Source: an uncultured Gammaproteobacteria bacterium | Lineage (GTDB): Bacteria > Patescibacteriota > Patescibacteriia > UBA2591 > UBA6264 | Assembly: GCA_964596735.1 (NCBI GenBank) | Contig: CAZQVF010000004.1 | Span: 229-64,228, forward strand | Length of the DNA: 64,000 nucleotides | Reading direction: 5' to 3' | In this document: one piece after another, positions 1-9,092 of the stretch | How the letters are laid out: each line of letters begins with the position of its first letter | Numbering within the stretch: the stretch's first letter is position 1 | The notes under the pieces: model-generated | Seen by the model: only the letters and a program-made list of their open reading frames with translations | Databases searched by the model: none | What the model was told of the DNA's origin: nothing | Position numbers and translations under genes: made by a program

Positions 1-1
1 T

Positions 2-607
2 AAAAAACCATCATTTTTAAGAAGTTTTAAAAAATTAATTTATCTTTTAGTCACCTATCCTGCTTTTACTAAACCTTTTTACAACTTTGTTTCTCTTTTT
101 GATTACGTAGAAGAGAAAAAAATATTGAAAAAATTTACCCAATATTACCACGAAGAAAAAATTGATTTACCAAAAGACGCTTTTGAAATGATTTCTCCTT
201 TAGAGGCTCGGGTCGGTCTGGTTCAGCTTAAAAAATATTCTGAAATTAAAGAAAAAAGAAAAAAAATCGCTCAATTCTATAATGACAACTTAAAAGATAT
301 TCCTGAATTAACTCTGCCGCCCATTGTCAAGGGAGCTACTTATTCTCATTATGTCCCCCGGGTACAAAATCGAGAAAAAATAGTAAAAGAAATGAAAAAA
401 CAAGGGATTCAATTAGGAACATTGATTGAATATTCTATTCCCTACATGAAAGCCTATCAAAAATACAAAGATGAAGAGTTTAAAAATTCATTAAACTTTT
501 CACAAACAGTTATTAATTTGCCAATTTACCCTAGCTTAAGAAAGAAAAATTTAAGACAAATAACAAATAAAATTAAACAAATATATGAAAATCAAACAAA
601 CAATTAA
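2..607 (+). CDS. DegT/DnrJ/EryC1/StrS-family sugar aminotransferase, C-terminal part (5' end lies outside the window)
   Basis: The ORF track begins at a TTG at 125, but the same frame is open with no stop back to position 2, so the gene enters from upstream. The C-terminal region (MISPLEARVGLVQLKKYSEIKEKRKKIAQFY ... NLPIYPSL) matches the C-terminal domain of PLP-dependent DegT-type aminotransferases. Confidence 0.55.
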   Translation, partial: KKPSFLRSFKKLIYLLVTYPAFTKPFYNFVSLFDYVEEKKILKKFTQYYHEEKIDLPKDAFEMISPLEARVGLVQLKKYSEIKEKRKKIAQFYNDNLKDIPELTLPPIVKGATYSHYVPRVQNREKIVKEMKKQGIQLGTLIEYSIPYMKAYQKYKDEEFKNSLNFSQTVINLPIYPSLRKKNLRQITNKIKQIYENQTNN

Positions 608-1697
608 AAAGATTGTTAAACGAAATAAATACCTCAAAGCTCTAGCTTTGACCTTAATTAGAACCTATACTCTTTTTCTAAAATATGAATCAAAGGGTTT
701 GTCTTTAAAAACCAAGCTTCATATTATGAAAAAATATTTTATCCAAGAAATTAAAGGATTGCCTAGGATTATTGCTTTTGAACCAATTTCTACCTGTCCA
801 TTAAATTGTGAATTTTGCATGTTAAGAGATCTAAGGACGTTTGAAAAAAGGAGAAAAGTTAGAATGTCATTTAAAGAATTTAAAAGAATTATTGATGACA
901 CTGCTTCTTTTTGCACAAATATTGAATTCAGCGGAGGAGAACCCATCCTTAATAATGATATCTTTAAAATGTTAAAATATTGCCATGAAAAAAATATTAC
1001 TACTGTCTTGGCCACTAATGCTCAATTATTAAATAAAGAAAAAATAAAACAACTTTTACAAAGTCCTCCTAATCATGTCCTTCTAGCCCTTGAATCACCT
1101 GATAGAAAAACATATGAAAAAATAAGACATTTAGGAAACTTTGAAAGACTAAATAAAAATATTCATGAATTAATCTCACAAAAAAAGAAAACCGGGCAAT
1201 TTTATCCTCTAATTACCCTGCAAATGGTTTTGACAAAGGTAAATCAATATCAGGAAAAATATTATCATCAGATTGTCTCAGATTTAGGAGCAGACTTCTC
1301 TTCAGTTAAAGCTTTTGGTATTTGGCCCGAGGGCAGTCCTGAGTATTTTGAAAAAATGGAAAAAGAATATATAGTTGATAAAAAAGACAACCCAATCTCA
1401 AGGCATTATCTTGATAACAAAGGCAAGGTGGTTTACAAAAAATTAAAAAAGGGTGATTGTCCATTAACACAAACTGCCTATATAGGAAGTGGTGGAGAAG
1501 TTTATCCGTGTTGGTATATTCTCGCCCAAAAATTTTCGCCAGGTAACGCTGTTGATAATAATTTTATCGATATTTGGAACAGTAAAACTTATAAAAATTT
1601 TAGAAAAAAAATGGTTGAAGGTGCTGCTTATCCTGGTTTATGTGAAAAATGTATCGGACTAGAATCAAGGGCCGTTGTTAAAAGGGTAAAAAAATGA
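585..1697 (+). CDS. Radical SAM protein with C-terminal SPASM-like Cys cluster
   Basis: CxxxCxxC motif (STCPLNCEFCML) followed by FSGGEP. The C-terminus is Cys-rich (CPLTQ...YPCWY...GLCEKC), typical of SPASM/twitch auxiliary Fe-S domains. The start may instead be the internal Met (MKKYF...) at about 726. Confidence 0.7.
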   Translation: MKIKQTIKKIVKRNKYLKALALTLIRTYTLFLKYESKGLSLKTKLHIMKKYFIQEIKGLPRIIAFEPISTCPLNCEFCMLRDLRTFEKRRKVRMSFKEFKRIIDDTASFCTNIEFSGGEPILNNDIFKMLKYCHEKNITTVLATNAQLLNKEKIKQLLQSPPNHVLLALESPDRKTYEKIRHLGNFERLNKNIHELISQKKKTGQFYPLITLQMVLTKVNQYQEKYYHQIVSDLGADFSSVKAFGIWPEGSPEYFEKMEKEYIVDKKDNPISRHYLDNKGKVVYKKLKKGDCPLTQTAYIGSGGEVYPCWYILAQKFSPGNAVDNNFIDIWNSKTYKNFRKKMVEGAAYPGLCEKCIGLESRAVVKRVKK

Positions 1698-1701
1698 ACA
1701 T

Positions 1702-2541
1702 ATGAAAATTTTAATTATTTGTGGTAATGACATTTTTTCTGGAATTCTCGCATATAAATTGATTAGTCAAAATCATAAATCAATTGTTGGCATACTTTTA
1801 ACTAAAAAAATGATACACAAAAAGTCTCCTTTTGGTCTTTTTAAAAAAGTTGTAAAAACCTCGGGGTTAACCTATGCTTTTTATTTGGCGAATGAATTGA
1901 TTATTTACAAAATAATTGCATTTCTTCATTATATTTTAAATTTTAACAAAAATGATAATGCGTCTTTATGTTCCATTTCTAGGCTAGCCAAAAAATATAA
2001 TATAGAAATTTCTCAAACTAAGGACATAATGGCTGAACAGTCTTTGAAAAAAATTAAAACATTAAAACCAGATTTAATAATTAGTATTAGATTGGGACAA
2101 ATTATTAAAAAAAGATTATTACAGATCCCAGCCCTAGGGGCAATTAACTTTCACGCTTCTCTACTTCCTAAATATGCTGGTCTCGGATCAGTGTTTCAGG
2201 CTGTGTTTTATAATGAAAAATATAACGGAGTTACTGTTCATTTTATGAATGAAAAAATTGATCAGGGGAAAATCATAGTTCAAGAAAAAATAAAAATTAT
2301 TCCAAACGAATCAATTAGCCGTTTGTATCTAAGGTGTCATATTAAAGGAGCTGATTTAATAAATAAAGCCGTGAAATTAGTTGAATCAGACAACAAAGGG
2401 TTTATCCCTGACCTCAAAGAAAAAAGTTATTTTTCTTGGCCAGAAAAACAAAAAATTAAAAAATTTAAAAAATGTGGTGGAAAATTTTTAAAAATTTCAG
2501 ATATCTTTTATTTATTGTTTAATTTCAAATATGAAAAATAA
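1702..2541 (+). CDS. Formyltransferase-family protein (Fmt/ArnA/PurN-like), likely a sugar N-formyltransferase
   Basis: Formyl_trans_N catalytic motif NFHASLLPKYAGLGSVFQAVFYNEKYNGVTVHFMNEKIDQGKIIVQEK (HxSLLP...G, D...G). It sits within a glycan locus. Confidence 0.65.
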   Translation: MKILIICGNDIFSGILAYKLISQNHKSIVGILLTKKMIHKKSPFGLFKKVVKTSGLTYAFYLANELIIYKIIAFLHYILNFNKNDNASLCSISRLAKKYNIEISQTKDIMAEQSLKKIKTLKPDLIISIRLGQIIKKRLLQIPALGAINFHASLLPKYAGLGSVFQAVFYNEKYNGVTVHFMNEKIDQGKIIVQEKIKIIPNESISRLYLRCHIKGADLINKAVKLVESDNKGFIPDLKEKSYFSWPEKQKIKKFKKCGGKFLKISDIFYLLFNFKYEK

Positions 2542-3187
2542 TACTAATATTGAAGAAGAAGCGTTTATTAAAACAGACCAATATATTTATAAAAATCCAA
2601 TTACTCGATTTATTACAAATCTGGGGCACAAGACTTGTACAAAGTTGAGAAAAAATAAAAATTGCCCTGTTTTAGATTTGGGGTGTGGCGCTGGAGATCA
2701 TTTTCCTTATATTCAGAACCAACAAATCATTGGACTTGATATTTCACAAAAATTATTATCTCAAGCTCAAAAAAAATATCCCCATGCTCAACTGATTAAT
2801 GGAAACATTTTTAATCCTCCATTCAAAAAAGAATCTATAAAATCAATTATTTCTTTTGCTGTTTTGGAACATCTTTCCCCCTTGGAAAAGGCCTTGGAAC
2901 AAATTAACCATGTTTTGTCAAAAGACGGCGAATTTATTTTTGCTATTCCTACAGAGGGATTTTTGTATCGCTTGGGACGCAAACTCACAACCCAAAGATA
3001 TATTGAAAAAACAACCGGGATTGATTATGAAAAACTGTTAAAAAAAGAACACGTTAATCAGTGTGTTGATGTTTTAAAATGTGTGAAAAGGTATTTTTAT
3101 TTAAAACAATTAAGAGGTGTTCCTTTTTTTATTCCTAATATAAATTTAAATTTTGTAATAGTAGGACGATGTCTAAAAAAGAAATAA
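2531..3187 (+). CDS. Class I SAM-dependent methyltransferase
   Basis: Motif I VLDLGCGAGDH; post-I IIGLDIS; acidic LEH motif. Confidence 0.6.
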   Translation: MKNNTNIEEEAFIKTDQYIYKNPITRFITNLGHKTCTKLRKNKNCPVLDLGCGAGDHFPYIQNQQIIGLDISQKLLSQAQKKYPHAQLINGNIFNPPFKKESIKSIISFAVLEHLSPLEKALEQINHVLSKDGEFIFAIPTEGFLYRLGRKLTTQRYIEKTTGIDYEKLLKKEHVNQCVDVLKCVKRYFYLKQLRGVPFFIPNINLNFVIVGRCLKKK

Positions 3188-4005
3188 AGAAAGACGGAGA
3201 AAAATTTTGGGATTCAAATCCTTGTGGCGGATCCTGGATAACATTTAAAAAAAGGCTGGATTGGTATATAAAAACAGAGCCATACATTTTAGAATATATT
3301 AATAATGATCTGCTAAAAAATAAAAGGGTACTAGATGATGGATGCGGACAGGGATTAATTCTGTCCTTAATTGCTCAAAAATGTCGAAAGGTTGTTGGGG
3401 TAGATATTAGCAAAGAGTCCTTAATTAGAGCAAAACAAGGGATTAAAGAGCTGGGCTTACAAAATGTAGAGCTAATACAGGGTGATGCTGAAAATTTGCC
3501 TCTAAAAGACGAGACTTTTGATGTTGTTTATTCTATTGGAGTTCTTCATCACACTCCAGATACTCAAAAAGGAATTGACGAAATTTATCGCGTATTGAAA
3601 AATGACGGACAAGCAATTGTTATGCTTTATCATAAATTTAACCCAAAATGGCTAGCCGTTATTATTTTACGGAAAATATCAAAAATCACTGACATAATAA
3701 ACAGACAAAATTATTTTATAAGCAATAAAATAAAAAAATCAGCCAATAAAAAAAATGAACAGGGAACTGCTTTATTAGAACTTTTTGGTTGCCCGGTTTT
3801 AAAAATGTATTCCTCCCGCCAAGCTAAAAAATTCTTTAATAAGTTCAATTATATCAAAATCAAATATCATCAATCAGGATTTGAAAGATTATCAGATTTT
3901 CTGCCCAAATCCTGTCAGAGGTTGTTCCGCCCTCTGTTGAAATTAATTGATAAAATTACAAAAAATATCTTTGGTTTTTATATGGTTATTGAAGCACATA
4001 AATAA
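3169..4005 (+). CDS. Class I SAM-dependent methyltransferase (type 11-like)
   Basis: VLDDGCGQG (motif I), VVGVDIS, FDVVYSIGVLHH, KNDGQAIV. Confidence 0.65.
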   Translation: MSKKEIKKDGEKFWDSNPCGGSWITFKKRLDWYIKTEPYILEYINNDLLKNKRVLDDGCGQGLILSLIAQKCRKVVGVDISKESLIRAKQGIKELGLQNVELIQGDAENLPLKDETFDVVYSIGVLHHTPDTQKGIDEIYRVLKNDGQAIVMLYHKFNPKWLAVIILRKISKITDIINRQNYFISNKIKKSANKKNEQGTALLELFGCPVLKMYSSRQAKKFFNKFNYIKIKYHQSGFERLSDFLPKSCQRLFRPLLKLIDKITKNIFGFYMVIEAHK

Positions 4006-5818
4006 AATTAAAATGTTTAAACAGAGAATAAAAAGATATTTTAACAATTTGTCATGGCAGGAAAAAATAAAAACTATTTTTTCTCAACCTTTTCTTATCT
4101 TAGCGTTGCCAAAAACTTATTACCGATTGTATAAAAATATCTTGAGACCAAAGAATAAACAACTTGAATTTACTACTGGATTTTCAAAAACTACCGCGCT
4201 TATTTTGACTTGGTATTTACGGGTGAATGAATGTATTGAAAAATACGGTAGAAATGGATATGTATATGAAGACGGACTTGGGTTTTCTTTAAAAGAAAGA
4301 TTTTGGCTTAATCCCCTTGCTTTAAAAATTTACGGAAAATTAAAAATTCGCAATTTTATAATCATAACCACCGTTTTATTTATACTAAGTATTGCTATTA
4401 TTGCCTATTTTCAGTCTACCTCCTTGATATTTGCTATTATATTGACAATTTCAATTATCGGAAGCTCTTTATTTCTAATTTCATTTTTCAGATTCTCAAA
4501 GCCTGAAATATTAAGCTGGGCATTATTTCCATTTGCTTTTTATGCCTTCTTTACTGAGTCATATATTATTGCTGGTATAATTGCCATTTTAATCTCTTTT
4601 TTAAATTTTACAGTTACTTTATTAATTTTAGAAACTATTATACTTTATTCTTTTTTGTCAAAAAATTTATTTAATGGTTTTTTAATTTCTATTATTCCAA
4701 TATTAAAACTCTTGAACGACTTGTTGCCCCTTTTAAAAAGTTCACTAGTTAATAAATTATTTGAAGTCTTGGGCGGAAGAAAGGCAAAATCTAGAAAAGA
4801 TAAACTTTTAAAACTGCGATTAGAAGATGTATATTTGGAATTCTTTTATATTATTTTTATCTCTATTTTTATAATCCAGAAAGCGCCATTAGTCTATACT
4901 GTTCTTTTAATTAATCCTTTAATATTGTTTATTATTAATCAAAAAATATTCAGATATGGAGATAATAATACATTTTTTCGATTTTTCTTTACCATCGCAA
5001 CGATATGCATAATTTTACATCCAACTGTTTTATCTTTTATTTTTTACCTACTATTTATTTATCTATCCCCTCTTTCCTTGCTTGATGTTTCAGAAAAAAA
5101 TCTCTCTAATTTTCCTTATTTAAAACCGTATTCTTTGGAAAAAATAAACAAATTGGTTGAAAAATTTTTTAATCAAATCCCAAACCAATCTAGAATTGCC
5201 TTTGAACGAAATGACACCGAAAAGTCAATGTCCGGATTTAGAACAATTCTTTATTACCTAGAATATATACTCTTTAAAAGAGGAATTGAATTTCTGCCAA
5301 TGGAATGGTTACGCTTTACTCAGCTAGACTATTTTATGCAAGAATATATCAAAATCAACAATCAGAGTAATAAAAAAACAATTGAAGAAAAATTTCATGA
5401 ATTGGGCGTTCAATATATTATAGCTCACTCCCCTTCTTTTATAGAAAATCTTAAAAACTGGGGCTATAAAGAGATTAATACTCTAAATTATAAAGATATT
5501 AAAAAATACTTTTGGGGCCTCAAGGGTCTCCCTGAAAAAAATCTAGTTTTATTTTTATTACCCTTTGATGTTTTTTTAACTCATCCTCATTCAATTTTAA
5601 TAAGAAAGCCTAATCAAATGAAATTTGAAGCTCAGGCAAAAACAGAATACATTGTTAAATATACTTATCACCCAGATTGGCAAGCGTCTCAAAACGGTAA
5701 AAAAATACCCGTCTATGAATCTAAAGAAAAACTTTCATATCTTGCCTTAAAAACAGAAGACAAAGGAATGGTAGAGCTACAATTCAAAACCAATAAAGAC
5801 CGTACACCTTATGTATGA
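3947..5818 (+). CDS. Large polytopic membrane protein, copy A, with a soluble C-terminal domain resembling the C-termini of GT-C/YfhO-type membrane glycosyltransferases
   Basis: About 10 predicted hydrophobic helices. The soluble C-terminal ~230 aa end in YHPDWQASQNGKKIPVYESKEKLSYLALKTEDKGMVELQF, the Y-x-P-x-W-x-A-x-x-NGK-x-IPVY...L motif typical of GT-C/YfhO family C-termini. The probable true start is ATG 4013 (MFKQRIKRYF), which aligns with the start of paralog 7293..9092. Confidence 0.5.
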   Translation: MIKLQKISLVFIWLLKHINKIKMFKQRIKRYFNNLSWQEKIKTIFSQPFLILALPKTYYRLYKNILRPKNKQLEFTTGFSKTTALILTWYLRVNECIEKYGRNGYVYEDGLGFSLKERFWLNPLALKIYGKLKIRNFIIITTVLFILSIAIIAYFQSTSLIFAIILTISIIGSSLFLISFFRFSKPEILSWALFPFAFYAFFTESYIIAGIIAILISFLNFTVTLLILETIILYSFLSKNLFNGFLISIIPILKLLNDLLPLLKSSLVNKLFEVLGGRKAKSRKDKLLKLRLEDVYLEFFYIIFISIFIIQKAPLVYTVLLINPLILFIINQKIFRYGDNNTFFRFFFTIATICIILHPTVLSFIFYLLFIYLSPLSLLDVSEKNLSNFPYLKPYSLEKINKLVEKFFNQIPNQSRIAFERNDTEKSMSGFRTILYYLEYILFKRGIEFLPMEWLRFTQLDYFMQEYIKINNQSNKKTIEEKFHELGVQYIIAHSPSFIENLKNWGYKEINTLNYKDIKKYFWGLKGLPEKNLVLFLLPFDVFLTHPHSILIRKPNQMKFEAQAKTEYIVKYTYHPDWQASQNGKKIPVYESKEKLSYLALKTEDKGMVELQFKTNKDRTPYV

Positions 5819-7280
5819 AAAATTTAAACAATTAGGTAAAGACTCTACTTTATACGGATTAGGTAGCCTAGTTGGCAAAATAGTAGGTTTCTTGTTAATT
5901 CCTATTTATACCAGAATTTTTTCTCCATCTGATTATGGGATCATTGAAATGATTGGGGTTACCTGCTCAATTATCGGCATTATTCTTTCACTTGGATTAG
6001 ATTCTGCAATGTTTATGTGTTATTATCGTACCGATGATCAAAAAGAACGTCGTCTAATAACTTCTGTTAATTTCTTTTACCAGCTCTCCGCTATTATTGT
6101 TACCTGTATTTTAATAATTTTATTCAGTTCACAAATTTCGTTATTTCTTTTTAAAAATATTGTTTATTCAAAATATATTACTGTTGCTTTCTTGGGAATT
6201 CCTTTTGTTACTCTGATATCATTTTGTACCAACATTCTTAGACTAAATTTTCAGCCAATAAAATTTATCTATATCACTCTGGGAAACTTAATTATTAGTA
6301 CTTGCCTGAGTATATATTTCGTAGTGATCGCTCGTATCGGTATTATTGGTATTTACTATGCAATTTTAATCTCCGCAGTTATTCTTTCTATAATCTCTCT
6401 TTATTTAATACGTCAATATATTAGCCCTGTTTTTTCCTTTAAAAAGTTTAAAGAATTATTAAAAATAGGAATTCCTTTAGCTCCAGTCGCTGCTTTTATT
6501 TGGATTATGGACTTTTCAGATAGATACTTTTTGACCCATTTTACTAACCTTCATGAAATTGGTCTATATTCCATCGCTAATAAATTAGCCTTGGCCTTAG
6601 CCTTAGTCATTTTGGCTTTTCGTACTGCTAACGCTCCATTTCAATTTTCTGTTCAGAAAGACAAAGAAGCAAAAAAAATCTACGCTAAAACTTTAACCTA
6701 CTATATTATTGTTACCTTTTTTGTTGCTACTGGTCTTTCTATTTTTGCTAAAGAAGCTCTTATCATTCTTGCTCCTCCAATCTATCTTGCCGCCTACAGA
6801 GTAACCGGCCTACTTGCTTTTAGTATTGTTATCTATGGTCTTTATCATTTAATAGGAATTGGTCTAATTTTAAGTGATAAAAGAAAATATTTTACTATTT
6901 CCATAGGGATTGCCTGTATTTTAAACCTCTTCTTTAATAATGCCTTTATCCCTCTTTGGGGAATTATGGGCGCAGCTCTAGCCACACTTTTGTCTTATTC
7001 CATTGGTGCCATTCTTACTTATTATTATTCTCAAAAATATTATTTTATAGGATTTGAAATAAAAAAAATACTAAAGGTTACCTTGGTAACCCTTATTCTA
7101 ACTTTTGTTGGAACATTAATTATTTTCCCTTCATTACTTTTGAGTATAGTATTTAAAATTCTTCTCATGTTCTGTCTTTCAACTTTTCTCTATTCTCTTT
7201 TAGAACCAAAGGAAATACAAAAAATTAAATCAATTTTAAAAAACATTTTATATAAATATCTCCCTAATAATATGCGTTAA
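5811..7280 (+). CDS. Wzx-like polysaccharide/oligosaccharide flippase (MOP superfamily), copy A
   Basis: 489 aa with about 12-14 TM helices. The N-terminus MYEKFKQL...GSLVGKIVGFLLIPIYTRIFSPSDYGI is typical of Polysacc_synt (PF01943) flippases. Confidence 0.65.
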   Translation: MYEKFKQLGKDSTLYGLGSLVGKIVGFLLIPIYTRIFSPSDYGIIEMIGVTCSIIGIILSLGLDSAMFMCYYRTDDQKERRLITSVNFFYQLSAIIVTCILIILFSSQISLFLFKNIVYSKYITVAFLGIPFVTLISFCTNILRLNFQPIKFIYITLGNLIISTCLSIYFVVIARIGIIGIYYAILISAVILSIISLYLIRQYISPVFSFKKFKELLKIGIPLAPVAAFIWIMDFSDRYFLTHFTNLHEIGLYSIANKLALALALVILAFRTANAPFQFSVQKDKEAKKIYAKTLTYYIIVTFFVATGLSIFAKEALIILAPPIYLAAYRVTGLLAFSIVIYGLYHLIGIGLILSDKRKYFTISIGIACILNLFFNNAFIPLWGIMGAALATLLSYSIGAILTYYYSQKYYFIGFEIKKILKVTLVTLILTFVGTLIIFPSLLLSIVFKILLMFCLSTFLYSLLEPKEIQKIKSILKNILYKYLPNNMR

Positions 7281-7292
7281 TAACTAATTTCT

Positions 7293-9092
7293 GTGAGGTT
7301 AATAAAAAAATTCAAGAAATTTTATAACATGTTCTCTTTAGAGAATAAATTAGCCACTTTTTTTTCTATTCCTTTTTTAATTTTTATTCTTCCCAGAACT
7401 TATTGGAGGCTTTTTAAAAATGTGACTATACCAAGTAAAGAAGATCATTATATAACTGGTTTTTCCTCCCATATGGCCCTTATTCTTACTTGGTATCTCA
7501 GAATCGCTGATTGCGTTAAAAAATACGGCAGACACGGATATATTTATGAAGACGGCCTGGGTTCTTCTTTAAAAGAACGATTTTGGTCGAATTCATTTTC
7601 CTTAAAAATATATAATACTCTAAAGATTAAAAAATTCACTATTTTAACTGTTGTAATTCTCCTTTTTAATATTATTTTAATTGGTTTTCTACAAAATTCA
7701 CCCTGGCCTTTAATAATCGTCCTTATTTTGCTGATTATTGGTAGTCCTCTCTTTTTAATTTCTTTTTTCAGACTATCAAAACCAGAAATTTTAAGCTGGG
7801 CTTTTTTCCCTTTAGTTATATATTTCTTTTTAAACGGCTATTATTTAGTTTCAGGATTATTTTTGATCTTTATTGCTTTTTTAAATTTTACGACCACCCT
7901 TTTAACTATTGAAACTATTTTACTATGCTCTTTGGTTTCTAATTCTTTCATTAACGGAATTCTTATTTCAATCATCCCGCTAGTAATACTGGCAATCGAC
8001 TTTATTCCCTTTCTAAGGGGCTCTATTATAAATGGTGTGTTAGAAGCACTAGGAGGAAGAAGGGCAAAATCCCGCACTGACGAGTTTCTAAGAATCCGGC
8101 TTAATGACTTGTATTTGATTTTCTTTTATCTTATCTTTATTGTTACCTTTGTTATTAAAGATGCCTCTTTTATTCACGTGGTTCTTTTGATAAATCCTTT
8201 AATTTTATTTATCATTGACCGGAATATCTTTAGATTTGCTGATAATAACACGTTCTTTAGGTTCTTTTTTGCCCTGAGCACGGTTTTTGTTTTAATGAAT
8301 CCACACTTTTTAGTATTTCTTGCTTATATTATCTTTTTATACATGTCCCCTTTAAGCATGCTTGAAGTTTTTGAAAGTATTCCCAAAGAATATCCTCATC
8401 TTAAACCCCATTCTATTAAAAAATCAAAAGAATTTTTGGAAAAAACCTTCTCTCCGATTTCCAATCAATCAAGGATTGTATTTGAAATTAAGGACACTGA
8501 AAAATCTTTATCAGGATTTTCCACCCTTCTTTATTATTTTGAATATATTTTTATTAAAAGAGGTATTGAACTTTTGCCAATGGAATGGTTAAGAATGAAC
8601 CAAACTGACTATTTAATTAATGAATACGTAAAGATAAATAAAGAAAGCGATCAAGAAACAATTGAAGAAAAATTAAAAGAGCTTGGAGCACAATATTTAA
8701 TTGCTCATTCTAGTGAATTTATTAATAAATTGAAACAATGGGGATATCAAAATGTTATTATTATTCGTTGGCAAGACATTAAAAAAACTTTATGGGATTT
8801 CAAGGGAGTACTGATCCCGGAAAAAGATTTATTTATTTTTAAAGTACCTTTTTCCACCAGTTTTATTGAGCCAGAAACCAATTTAACACGTAAACCCAAT
8901 CAAATGGAATTTAACGCCCAAGCCAACAAAGAATATATTATCAAATATAATTACCATCCTTCTTGGCAAGTTTGGCAGAACAATAAAGAAATTCCTGTTT
9001 ACAAAGCAAAAGGAAATCTTTCCTATCTGGCATTATCTCCTAAAGAAAGTGGTCAGATGGTCCTAAAATTTAATACTCATTGGTATAAATAA
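7293..9092 (+). CDS. Large polytopic membrane protein, copy B (paralog of 3947..5818)
   Basis: Collinear similarity to copy A along its whole length (ILTWYLR, LKERFW, FFRLSKPEILSWA, LEALGGRRAKSR, KPNQMEFNAQA, YHPSWQVWQNNKEIPVY...LSYLAL). Confidence 0.5.
   Translation: MRLIKKFKKFYNMFSLENKLATFFSIPFLIFILPRTYWRLFKNVTIPSKEDHYITGFSSHMALILTWYLRIADCVKKYGRHGYIYEDGLGSSLKERFWSNSFSLKIYNTLKIKKFTILTVVILLFNIILIGFLQNSPWPLIIVLILLIIGSPLFLISFFRLSKPEILSWAFFPLVIYFFLNGYYLVSGLFLIFIAFLNFTTTLLTIETILLCSLVSNSFINGILISIIPLVILAIDFIPFLRGSIINGVLEALGGRRAKSRTDEFLRIRLNDLYLIFFYLIFIVTFVIKDASFIHVVLLINPLILFIIDRNIFRFADNNTFFRFFFALSTVFVLMNPHFLVFLAYIIFLYMSPLSMLEVFESIPKEYPHLKPHSIKKSKEFLEKTFSPISNQSRIVFEIKDTEKSLSGFSTLLYYFEYIFIKRGIELLPMEWLRMNQTDYLINEYVKINKESDQETIEEKLKELGAQYLIAHSSEFINKLKQWGYQNVIIIRWQDIKKTLWDFKGVLIPEKDLFIFKVPFSTSFIEPETNLTRKPNQMEFNAQANKEYIIKYNYHPSWQVWQNNKEIPVYKAKGNLSYLALSPKESGQMVLKFNTHWYK

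Noticed and set aside
719-1015. Short antisense ORFs inside larger genes (719..1015, 2788..2988, 2856..3041, 7841..8077, 8362..8592, 10321..10527, 10932..11159, 15127..15357, 23251..23460, 23470..23655, 24731..24925, 25101..25307, 25587..26016, 30553..30747, 32667..32852, 34290..34553, 36062..36262, 42037..42303, 43815..44036, 47629..47811, 49559..49756, 50140..50479, 53496..53687, 54412..54606, 55063..55251, 57600..57812, 58002..58223, 58404..58604, 59485..59706, 60935..61126, 61446..61637, 62132..62314, 63127..63699)
   Set aside because: Every one is fully embedded in, or antisense to, a long well-supported gene. Their translations are low-complexity with no recognisable motifs. They are the chance ORFs expected in AT-rich DNA.
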